This document shows, piece by piece, positions 48,617 to 57,149 of a stretch of 64,000 nucleotides of DNA. A program made the translations under genes and the position numbers. The DNA comes from Candidatus Taylorbacteria bacterium RIFCSPHIGHO2_01_FULL_46_22b (GTDB lineage Bacteria > Patescibacteriota > Minisyncoccia > Phycocordibacterales > DSPV01), in contig MHRF01000010.1 in NCBI GenBank assembly GCA_001820875.1, positions 3,371 through 67,370 of the forward strand, written 5' to 3'. The notes under the pieces were generated by a model that ran no database searches, had not been told where the DNA came from, and saw nothing but the letters and a program-made list of their open reading frames with translations. Numbering within the stretch: position 1 is the stretch's first letter; each line of letters opens with the position of its first letter.

Positions 48617-49627
48617 ATGGAAGGAGAAGTTCACAAAAGAAGCAACATTGAATGGTTCTTCTTGATTGCAATTGCAATTACTATTGATCTTGTGCAAATA
48701 GGACTTGATCTCCTTGTGGGAGTTGGCATAGTCATTAATCGATTTATTGATCTCATTGTTGGCCCAGCACTTTTTATGTACTGCGCCGTCACGCATATTA
48801 AATTAACTGTAGGTAGAACCGTAAGTATTCTCGGCACTATCGTCGGTGAGATGATTCCCGTTATTGATATCGCTCCATTTTGGACAGCTGATGTTATCTT
48901 CATTATGCTCTCGGTCAAAGCGGAAGAAGGAAACAAACTGGCAAAGGTTGGATTGCTTGCAACTGGCATCGCTGGAGCGGCAGCAGGAGGAGCATTCAAG
49001 GGAAGCAAAAAACCACCGTCAGGAGCGATGGTTGTCAGAAAGGGTGGCCCCAGCCCCCAAACAGCTTCCGGCTTTTCTCGATCTCAACCAAAAGTAAATA
49101 TCCCCAAAAGTAAAAACTGGCAGGCGGCGGGTTTTGAAACAGAGGAAAATGCGAACGAGTGGCACACCGCTCTGATGTCATCAGGTAATTCTCGAATTGT
49201 TCAATCCGAAAAGGCTCGGGCAACTATGGGGCGAATGTGGAAAGACGCTGGCTTTACCCCCGATCAAGCGCGTGAATATATCGCGCAGGGCGTTGTAAAT
49301 CCACAGGCAGCACGTGGGTACAATCTGCCAAGAAGGGCGGAGGTACAACCTCCTCCGATACCGCAGGGTCAGCGCGTGCCCCCGAAAATAAACACCGGAG
49401 GAAAACCGCCGGTAATTCCACCGCCAAAAATCAATGATACACGAAGACCTCCGGTCATTCCACCGCCCAGACTCACTGGAGAAGAACCTACAAAAACAGA
49501 GCGCTTACGCAACTATGCAAAGGAGAAATTGTACGAAAAGGGTAAACAAAAAGTCGAGGATGTAGAGGTGATCCGTGGAAATGCTCCTAGAAAGGAGGAG
49601 CAAGAAGAAGAGGTGGATAGTGCATAA
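48617..49627 (+). CDS. Membrane protein with W..AGF repeats and Pro-rich repeats
   Basis: N-terminal TMs, EMIPVIDIAPFWT, PPVIPPP x2. Confidence 0.8.
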   Translation: MEGEVHKRSNIEWFFLIAIAITIDLVQIGLDLLVGVGIVINRFIDLIVGPALFMYCAVTHIKLTVGRTVSILGTIVGEMIPVIDIAPFWTADVIFIMLSVKAEEGNKLAKVGLLATGIAGAAAGGAFKGSKKPPSGAMVVRKGGPSPQTASGFSRSQPKVNIPKSKNWQAAGFETEENANEWHTALMSSGNSRIVQSEKARATMGRMWKDAGFTPDQAREYIAQGVVNPQAARGYNLPRRAEVQPPPIPQGQRVPPKINTGGKPPVIPPPKINDTRRPPVIPPPRLTGEEPTKTERLRNYAKEKLYEKGKQKVEDVEVIRGNAPRKEEQEEEVDSA

Positions 49628-49660
49628 GTAAACACGGATGGCTATGGTAAAATAGAAACA

Positions 49661-50671
49661 ATGGTTTTGAAACACTTAGTGGGTAAAACTCTACTTGTTC
49701 TGGTGCTCACCGCACTGTGTTCAGTGAGCAGTACCAGCGCTCACGCACAACTCTTGGGTGGAAATGCTAACCCTTTGATACTAATCACCATACCAGCGTA
49801 CCCTCGCCCAAATTCAGATGTTACCGTTGAGGTACGGAGCACATCTGTTGAAATCGATGTATCAGATATTGGATGGCTCGAAGACGGCGAGCTATCAGAA
49901 AGTGGGCTAGGAAAAACCTCTCATCGCACCCATGTCGGCGACAAGGGAAGTTCGCAAACAGTTACCGCAATCGTACACACACCAGAAGGAAGAACCTATG
50001 AACAAACCATACTGATCCGGCCGCAATCAATCAGCCTCATTTGGGAATCTTCTTCAAGCGTGCCTCCTTTTTATCGAGGCAAAGCACTGTACACGAGCAC
50101 AAACCCACTCACCATAACTGCTATTCCAGAAATCTTTGATGAGTTGGGTGAGCCAATAAGCGCGTCTCAACTTTCATTTATATGGAAATTAAATAACAAA
50201 ACACTGTCAAACAAATCAGGGTACGGCAAAAGTTCTCTCTCGCTCACAGAACCGATTCTTCGGACACCAGCGACCATATCGGTGACCGTACAGAGTCGTG
50301 ACGGGCTTTCGGTCACTACAGGCTCACTCTCAATAGACCAATCACAGCCTTTGGTCCTAATCTACGAAAATAGTCCTTTATACGGAATTCTCTTTAACCA
50401 AGCAATCTTAAATACTTTTACGCTCCGTGGTACCGAGGCAGGAGTAGAAGCATTTCCATATTTTTTTAGCGGCATGCGCCAAAAATTGGGCTTCAGTTGG
50501 AATGTGAATGGAAGAGATATTGAGGGACTTTCAAGTTCCTATATCACTCTGCGAAATACAACAGGACAAAGTGGGACCGCAACTGCTTTTATATCAATCA
50601 CTAACCCATCAAGCTCCTTCGAAAGTGCGGGCAATGGTTTCAATATAAACATCACTCAACCTGAACAATGA
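49661..50671 (+). CDS. Secreted Ig-like beta protein
   Basis: Signal SAHAQ, P.YPRPN, WE...VPPFYRGKAL, F.WKLN, SGYGK. Confidence 0.85.
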   Translation: MVLKHLVGKTLLVLVLTALCSVSSTSAHAQLLGGNANPLILITIPAYPRPNSDVTVEVRSTSVEIDVSDIGWLEDGELSESGLGKTSHRTHVGDKGSSQTVTAIVHTPEGRTYEQTILIRPQSISLIWESSSSVPPFYRGKALYTSTNPLTITAIPEIFDELGEPISASQLSFIWKLNNKTLSNKSGYGKSSLSLTEPILRTPATISVTVQSRDGLSVTTGSLSIDQSQPLVLIYENSPLYGILFNQAILNTFTLRGTEAGVEAFPYFFSGMRQKLGFSWNVNGRDIEGLSSSYITLRNTTGQSGTATAFISITNPSSSFESAGNGFNINITQPEQ

Positions 50672-51060
50672 AATACGTAACCGCAGTTTATATTGTAGCC
50701 CTCTGTTGCACATTTTCTTTTGTAACCACCGTGCCACCGGCACAGGCAGAAGATGTAAATTATGTCCCGCTTGCTCCTATCGCCAATGTTAATCCTTCAG
50801 GAGCAACAAGTGTCAATGTTGGAAATTACATGACACAACTGTTCAAACTTGCAATCGGAATCGCCGCAGGTCTTGCAGTTATGCGAATTGCGTATGCTGG
50901 AATAAAATACATGCTTAGTGATGTGATCACCCAAAAATCAGATGCGGTGCAAATGATCAAGAACGCAGTCGGAGGGCTTCTGCTTGCCCTATGCGCATGG
51001 CTAATACTGTACACGATAGGAGGAGACAGCCTTACCAATCTTAACTTCAACAGTATATGA
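50668..51060 (+). CDS. TrbC/VirB2-like pilin
   Basis: Signal AQA, two hydrophobic helices, AGIKYMLS, NAVGGLLLAL..WLILYTI. Confidence 0.75.
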   Translation: MKYVTAVYIVALCCTFSFVTTVPPAQAEDVNYVPLAPIANVNPSGATSVNVGNYMTQLFKLAIGIAAGLAVMRIAYAGIKYMLSDVITQKSDAVQMIKNAVGGLLLALCAWLILYTIGGDSLTNLNFNSI

Positions 51061-52310
51061 CGCGTAACCGAGCACTGATTATTATTGTGGGAGTAGTTGC
51101 ACTGGTACTGATTGCGCTTGCTATTTTTTATTTTTTCTTCAGAAATGCTGGTGCACCTTACGAACCAGCTCCTATTATTGACATAAATAACCCATCCCTC
51201 CCTATCAGCCAAAATGCGTCTAATACAAGTATGGGAGGAGGAAATACGGGAATTACGGAAGAAAACCAATTCCAAAATATCCCTCAAACTTTCCAACAAC
51301 TGCGCCTGCTCTCAAGTGTACCAGTCGCTGGTGCTACACTATTTGAGAAAAATGCGGATACGTTTGTACATTACATAGAGCGGGCAACGGGGCATATATA
51401 CGAAGTACAAGCTTCTCAAAAACAAACGCCTTACCGAATTTCCAACACTACTATACCTAAAATCTATGAGGCTTTTTGGACGCAAAACGGACGTGGCATT
51501 ATTGTCCGGTACTTGAAAGAGGGGAGTGACGATATACAAACGTTTTATGCCGGACTCAAAGCAAACACGTCGACATCGAGCGAACAAACTCTTGATGACG
51601 GCACTTTTCTTCCTAATAATATCAGCGACCTTACAGTTTCACCGGCGCAAGACAAAATTTTTTATCTCTCTCGAAATGGAACACAGACGGTAGGAATTCG
51701 ATCCAATCCTAACGGAACAAGTAAAAACCAGCCTTTCTCTTCTTCTGCTCATGAATGGCTTGTGTCTTGGCCAAGCGCGACAAATATCTCGCTGAACACG
51801 CGACCGTCTGCTGAAGTGTCTGGTTTCCTTTTTTTCCTCAATCCATCAACAGGCGGATTGCAAAAAATACTCTCGGGGGTGCAAGGACTTACTAGTCTCT
51901 CCAACAACAATGGGTCACTAGTTATTTACTCGGAAAGCAATGGAACAGGTGTTGCGCTTAAATTATTTGATGTGAAAAAAGGAACTGCAACAGACCTTGG
52001 GGTGCGCACACTCCCAGAAAAATGCGTCTGGAGCAAAAAAGTGAACACTACTTTATTCTGTGCGGTACCCGATTCTGTACCCAGCGGCGCATACCCTGAT
52101 TCGTGGTATCAAGGACAGATATCTTTTACTGATAATTTGTGGGCAATCGACACCAAGACAGGAACAACGAAAATTATTATGACCCCTCAAAGCATAGCTC
52201 AACAAATAATGGACATTGTTCAACCAGTGTTAAGTGAAAAAGAAAACTACATCCTTTTCACTAATAAAAAAGATTTAAACCTCTGGTTATTGAGTCTGTC
52301 CGATTTGTAA
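51057..52310 (+). CDS. Membrane-anchored beta-propeller-like protein
   Basis: N-terminal TM, ERATGHIY, ISNTTIP, TLPEKCVWS, PDSWYQG, LFTNKKD. Confidence 0.8.
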   Translation: MTRNRALIIIVGVVALVLIALAIFYFFFRNAGAPYEPAPIIDINNPSLPISQNASNTSMGGGNTGITEENQFQNIPQTFQQLRLLSSVPVAGATLFEKNADTFVHYIERATGHIYEVQASQKQTPYRISNTTIPKIYEAFWTQNGRGIIVRYLKEGSDDIQTFYAGLKANTSTSSEQTLDDGTFLPNNISDLTVSPAQDKIFYLSRNGTQTVGIRSNPNGTSKNQPFSSSAHEWLVSWPSATNISLNTRPSAEVSGFLFFLNPSTGGLQKILSGVQGLTSLSNNNGSLVIYSESNGTGVALKLFDVKKGTATDLGVRTLPEKCVWSKKVNTTLFCAVPDSVPSGAYPDSWYQGQISFTDNLWAIDTKTGTTKIIMTPQSIAQQIMDIVQPVLSEKENYILFTNKKDLNLWLLSLSDL

Positions 52311-52321
52311 GTGAAAAATTG

Positions 52322-52810
52322 TTATAGGGAAGCACTTATATCTCCAACGTACTTGAGTACTATGCGGCGCTGGCTTCCAGTACCTTCTGAATGGGTTTCA
52401 ATATCAGGAACCCCTTCGAAGAAGGTGTGTATGATCATCCTCTCATAAGAAGACATCGGATCCATCTCAACAGTTGTTTTAAATGATCGAGCTCGTTCAG
52501 CGAGAATCTGCGCTTTGGTACGTATCTCACCAAGCAGTCGATCGTGATAATCATTTACATCAACGTAAAAATCGACAGGATTTGCATCAGTTGAGACTGC
52601 ATTGAGCTTCTTGCCAACAATACGCTTTACCAAATGATTAATCGCTGAAATGTGGGCACCCCGTGTTCCTATAAGGATACTCGAATCAGAACTCTTAATA
52701 ACAAAAGCAAGTCGATCTCCTTGTTCAATCACAGTAATTTCCTGAAAAGGCACCCCCAAGCGATTGAGTAGTGTTTCTATAATTTGTCTTATGTGTGTCT
52801 GATGTTCCAT
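52322..52810 (-). CDS. jag: Jag/EloR KH-R3H RNA-binding protein
   Basis: LIGTRGAHI, VDVNDY, PMSSYERMIIH, SEGTG..R; follows yidC. Confidence 0.88.
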   Translation of the reverse strand: MEHQTHIRQIIETLLNRLGVPFQEITVIEQGDRLAFVIKSSDSSILIGTRGAHISAINHLVKRIVGKKLNAVSTDANPVDFYVDVNDYHDRLLGEIRTKAQILAERARSFKTTVEMDPMSSYERMIIHTFFEGVPDIETHSEGTGSQRRIVLKYVGDISASL

Positions 52811-52811
52811 A

Positions 52812-53540
52812 TTATTTCCCACTGCGAGCTTTAAATTGTTTTCGCACGAACCACTCCTGCACTATCGAGAAAACATTGTTTGTCGTCCAATAGAGGGCAA
52901 TAATACCTGACAGGTTGTAAACAATAAAGAAAGCCATGACGGGAAAGAGATATCTCATTTGTATACTCATTGACCGAGCGAGATTATCCTTAAGCGTTCC
53001 TGAACTTCCGGTTGATTTAGGTATAGGCATAGAAAACCGTATCTGAAAGTATTGGCTGATCGCGGTGAGAGCTGCCAACAGATAACTCTTCGCGGTGATA
53101 TCAAGAAGACCTAGAAACTGCATGTTTATTGCACTCGGAGCGTGCACAAAAGTATACAGTAGGCCATCATTAACCACGGGCAAGCCGCTCTTTAGAAAGA
53201 CGTGGTAAAGAGCAAAAATGATGGGAATTTGTATGAGGATCAACAAAAAACCTGAAAGGGGATTGAGTCCTTGAGTGCGGTAAAACTCCATAATTTTTGC
53301 AGCCTGTTGAGTTTTATCAGTAACCGTAGCCTTTATACGGTCAATATCCCCCTGCACATCCTTCAATTTCAGCTGGCTTTCTATAGAACGCCGCGAAAGA
53401 GGGTAGAGAATCAAACGAACAAGTATGGTGAATATAATGATAGCAATCCCAGCATCGTGCCCAGGAATACTGTTCATTAAAAAAATTAACCCATTGTATA
53501 GGGGTTGCGAAAACACCGTCGTAAAAAACCCTGGGTTCAT
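52812..53540 (-). CDS. yidC: Membrane protein insertase YidC
   Basis: GIAIIIFTILVRLILYPL, NPLSG...LIQIPI, LYWTTNN. Confidence 0.95.
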   Translation of the reverse strand: MNPGFFTTVFSQPLYNGLIFLMNSIPGHDAGIAIIIFTILVRLILYPLSRRSIESQLKLKDVQGDIDRIKATVTDKTQQAAKIMEFYRTQGLNPLSGFLLILIQIPIIFALYHVFLKSGLPVVNDGLLYTFVHAPSAINMQFLGLLDITAKSYLLAALTAISQYFQIRFSMPIPKSTGSSGTLKDNLARSMSIQMRYLFPVMAFFIVYNLSGIIALYWTTNNVFSIVQEWFVRKQFKARSGK

Positions 53541-53567
53541 AAGGTTATGGTAACGTACTCGGAGATG

Positions 53568-53903
53568 CTATTCAAGTTTGAGTCTCTTCATGGCTTCGGT
53601 GACAAGACCCACTACCAAAGGCTGTAATTTGATGTAAGAAGTGGGTGTCTCCTTGCGCAGGTATATAACACCCTCAAGTGTGGGGAGTGGGTGTATAGAG
53701 TGTAGGATCTCATATATCCGCCTCCGAAGAGTATTACGGGAAACAGCTAGGGGGGCTGCAACACTTGGAATGACTACAGAGAAACGGCCTCCAGCAGAGG
53801 ATCGAGAAAACCTCATAGATAGGCCATTATTAGTAACAACTAAGGAAGACCGTCGTACTATTTGAAAACGGCTCCGATCCAGACGCTTGGTGCGCCTAAG
53901 CAT
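53568..53903 (-). CDS. rnpA: RNase P protein component
   Basis: MLRRTKRL, RFSVVI, AVSRNTLRRR; synteny. Confidence 0.88.
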   Translation of the reverse strand: MLRRTKRLDRSRFQIVRRSSLVVTNNGLSMRFSRSSAGGRFSVVIPSVAAPLAVSRNTLRRRIYEILHSIHPLPTLEGVIYLRKETPTSYIKLQPLVVGLVTEAMKRLKLE

Positions 53904-53905
53904 AC

Positions 53906-54040
53906 CTACAAAGCAAGCTTAGCTCGGCCAACTCTGCGGCGATTACGCAAAACTCTCCTTCCGTTAGAGGATTTAGTTCGAGTTAAGAATCCATGGGTTC
54001 TTGCTCGCTTTCTTTTCTTTGGTTGATAGGTTACAGACAT
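53906..54040 (-). CDS. rpmH: 50S ribosomal protein L34
   Basis: [18 protein letters not shown]...GRAKL. Confidence 0.96.
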   Translation of the reverse strand: MSVTYQPKKRKRARTHGFLTRTKSSNGRRVLRNRRRVGRAKLAL

Positions 54041-54202
54041 AAAAAGGAGTATAGCAAAAAAATAACCTTTGGCAACCATATCCTGTTTTTCCACTAAAAA
54101 ACACTATCCACATACTATAAACAACTTACGAACACATTCATTGTTGTTAGACAAGTTTGCTAACTATCCAAGCAGTATATAATGGTGCAACAAAACTAAT
54201 TT

Positions 54203-55570
54203 ATGCCCCCAATTATAGAAAACAAAAAACTGTGGGAAGGTGTCTTAGCTGAAATGGAATTAAGTGTCTCTAGAGCAAATTTCTCTACTTGGTTCAAAGA
54301 CACTCATGTGGTCAAACAACAAGACGGCGTTGTATATATAGGAGTCCCTAATACCTTTGTAAAGGACTGGCTGGCTAACAAATACCATAAGTCTATTTTA
54401 AGAATTCTGCGTAACTTCGGAGACTATATCCGAGGAATCGAATATCTCATCTCCACTGATGGAAGAAGTGTCAAAACAGGGAGAACCGAGGGAATTCTTG
54501 CGGGCGAACTTCCTCAAATGAACAAGGAATTACCGTTGCAAGAATATTACATAGATAGGGAGGATAATCTCAATCCTCGTTATACATTTGATTCGTTGAT
54601 CATTGGACCATTTAATGAGCTTGCCCATGCGGCCGCACAAGCAATTATTAAAAAACCGGGGTCTGTATATAACCCTCTCTTTGTCTATGGAGGTACAGGG
54701 CACGGAAAAACACACCTCATCCAGTCAGTAGGAAATCATATTAAAAATGCTTACCCAGATAAAAAGGTATATTACACGAGTTCAGAACGCTTCACTTCGG
54801 ATTTGGTTAGTTCCATACAAACACAGAAAGTCAGTCAGTTCAAAGAAAAGTACCGTAGGTATGATGTGTTTATCATGGATGATATACAGTTTTTGTCTAA
54901 TAAAGAAAAAACTCAAGAAGAGTTGTTTCATTTGTTTAACAACCTCTATGAAAACAATAAACAAATTGTTTTCTCCTCTGATAAACACCCTAACTTTATC
55001 CCTAACCTTGAAGAACGCTTGAAATCAAGGTTTTCTGCCGGAATGTTGGTTGACATACCTCAACCTGATCATGAGTCTCGACAAGCCATTATCCGAACAA
55101 AACTCGCACAACAAAATTATAATTCAGAAGCAGGGGTAATCGAGTACATCGCAACAAGTCTTGATGGAAACATCAGAGAGCTTGAAGGTATTATCAATAC
55201 CATTGTCTGCCAAGCCCAATTGAAAGGGAGGGAGTTGGGTCTTCTTGAAATTAAAAACCTTCTTAAAAATTCAAGTAAACCGAAGAAAAACATCTCAACA
55301 CAGGATTTGGTAAAACTAGTCGCGAATTTCTACAACATTGAAGAAGCCAGTGTGTATGAGAAAACTCGCCGAAAGGAGGTTGTGCGCCCACGACAACTTA
55401 TTATGTACCTTCTGCGGGAAGATTTTAATATCTCTTTTCCTTCTATTGGGCAAAAACTGGGGGGTAGAGACCACACCACAGTTATTCACTCTTGTGAAAA
55501 AATAAAAGGTGAATTAAAAACCAACCCAACCCTTTCCCAAGAGATCAACCAACTTCGAGCAATGATATAA
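54203..55570 (+). CDS. dnaA: Chromosomal replication initiator DnaA
   Basis: LNPRYTFD, YNPLFVYGGTGHGKTHL, DDIQF, QEELFHLFN, GGRDHTTV. Confidence 0.99.
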   Translation: MPPIIENKKLWEGVLAEMELSVSRANFSTWFKDTHVVKQQDGVVYIGVPNTFVKDWLANKYHKSILRILRNFGDYIRGIEYLISTDGRSVKTGRTEGILAGELPQMNKELPLQEYYIDREDNLNPRYTFDSLIIGPFNELAHAAAQAIIKKPGSVYNPLFVYGGTGHGKTHLIQSVGNHIKNAYPDKKVYYTSSERFTSDLVSSIQTQKVSQFKEKYRRYDVFIMDDIQFLSNKEKTQEELFHLFNNLYENNKQIVFSSDKHPNFIPNLEERLKSRFSAGMLVDIPQPDHESRQAIIRTKLAQQNYNSEAGVIEYIATSLDGNIRELEGIINTIVCQAQLKGRELGLLEIKNLLKNSSKPKKNISTQDLVKLVANFYNIEEASVYEKTRRKEVVRPRQLIMYLLREDFNISFPSIGQKLGGRDHTTVIHSCEKIKGELKTNPTLSQEINQLRAMI

Positions 55571-55779
55571 CTTGTTAATAATATGTGAGTTGTTTGTGTG
55601 TATAAGAGTAAAATAAACAAAAATCCAAAAATACTCCACAGACAGTAAAGGGTTTTAAAAAATTATCCCCAATCTAACGTGAATTTTAATAACACAAAAA
55701 CGGCTTATTTTAAGGTTTTTTAAAACCTATACACATATCAACAGTTATAATCATAGTAATAATCTTTTAAATAAAAAAC
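55571..55779. other. Replication origin oriC
   Basis: AT-rich dnaA-dnaN spacer; DnaA-box-like 9-mers at 55597, 55632, 55663, 55727, 55735; trio-like run ATA ATC ATA GTA ATA ATC 55747-55764; visible C-rich to G-rich switch on the + strand. Confidence 0.85.
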
Positions 55780-56880
55780 ATGAAAGTCGAGTGTGTAAAA
55801 ACAAAAATTTCTGGAGTGATTTCAAAAATTGAACGTATCGCTGGAAAAAATCAACATCTTCCGATATTGAATTGTTTTTTACTTGAAGCTATTGGTGGTG
55901 AACTTTCTGTTAGTGTTACAAATCTTGATTTAGGGGTAGTGGTAAAATTACCAGTTCGTGTGTCTGTTGAGGGTCGTGTGGCAGTCCCCGCTGTTGTTTT
56001 TGCAGGTGTTTTATCACAACTTCCTGAAGATAGTAATGTTGTTTTTGAACTTATAGACACTAATTTTGTTGTTTCAACCAAACACACAAAAACAAACATT
56101 AAAACCCTTCCTACTGATGATTTTCCAACAATACCAATATCAAAAGAAGGAGCTCGTGTGGTGTTGTTGGGAGCGGATTTAATAAAAGGACTTCAGTTGG
56201 TTGCGTATAGTTCAGCGACATCTTCAATGAAACCTGAACTGTCTAGTGTTGTGGTGCGAGGAGATCATAAAGATCTTGTTTTTGTTGCCACAGATTCTTT
56301 TCGTTTAGCTGAAAAAAAGATTCCAATGAAGAAGGGGGTTTTGTTTGATAATATCCTACTCCCTTTTAAAAATGTTGCCGATATAACAAAAATATTTGAG
56401 GGATATCGTGGGGAAATAGAACTCTCAATTCATAAAAACCAAATTGTTCTACTTGGGGGTGGTTTTTGTGTGGTTTCGAGAGTTGTTGAAGGTAACTTCC
56501 CAGATTATCAGCAGATTATCCCTAAAGGAGCAACAACAGAAGGAATTGTTTTAAAACAAGACTTGGTTTCTGCACTTAAACTGGCGAATATTTTTTCAGG
56601 AACTTTTCATGAAATTTCTTTTCATATTACACCGAATAAAAAACTATGTGAGTTGAGTTCTGAAAGTGGGCATGTGGGGAAAAATGTCATGCGGCTTGAT
56701 GCTGTGGTAAAGGGTGAGGAGATTTCAGTAAGTTTCAACCATCGGTATATTATGGATTGCTTCCAATCTATTTCAGGAGACAGCGTCTCTCTTAATTTTA
56801 ACGGACCACACAAACCACTCGTGATTCGGAGTGCGGGGGACAGTTCCTTCACTTACTTGGTGATGCCAATGAACAAATAA
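55780..56880 (+). CDS. dnaN: DNA polymerase III beta clamp
   Basis: LPIL, TNLDLG, VATDSFRLAE, EGNFPDYQQIIP, YLVMPM. Confidence 0.97.
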   Translation: MKVECVKTKISGVISKIERIAGKNQHLPILNCFLLEAIGGELSVSVTNLDLGVVVKLPVRVSVEGRVAVPAVVFAGVLSQLPEDSNVVFELIDTNFVVSTKHTKTNIKTLPTDDFPTIPISKEGARVVLLGADLIKGLQLVAYSSATSSMKPELSSVVVRGDHKDLVFVATDSFRLAEKKIPMKKGVLFDNILLPFKNVADITKIFEGYRGEIELSIHKNQIVLLGGGFCVVSRVVEGNFPDYQQIIPKGATTEGIVLKQDLVSALKLANIFSGTFHEISFHITPNKKLCELSSESGHVGKNVMRLDAVVKGEEISVSFNHRYIMDCFQSISGDSVSLNFNGPHKPLVIRSAGDSSFTYLVMPMNK

Positions 56881-56882
56881 GT

Positions 56883-57146
56883 ATGGAGTGGAAAGACATA
56901 AATCCACTTTTAGAGCGGTTTAAAAAACTGTTGTCAGGATCAGTTGCGTCACGAGAAACGATCTCTCGTCTGGCTTCGGAGGTGCTTAATATACCCATAT
57001 CAATGTCGGCGGTCACTATAAAAAACACCGTGGCGATTTTTTCAGTACACCCCACGATAAAAGTCGAATTGCTCCTAAAAAAAGAGAAACTTCTCTCTTT
57101 GATACACAAAGAGGTTGGGAGTAAGGTGATCAGTGATATCCGTTAA
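56883..57146 (+). CDS. Probable DciA/DUF721-like protein
   Basis: Follows dnaN; IKNTVAIFSVHPTIKVELLLKKEKLL..I......ISDIR pattern. Confidence 0.55.
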   Translation: MEWKDINPLLERFKKLLSGSVASRETISRLASEVLNIPISMSAVTIKNTVAIFSVHPTIKVELLLKKEKLLSLIHKEVGSKVISDIR

Positions 57147-57149
57147 ATA

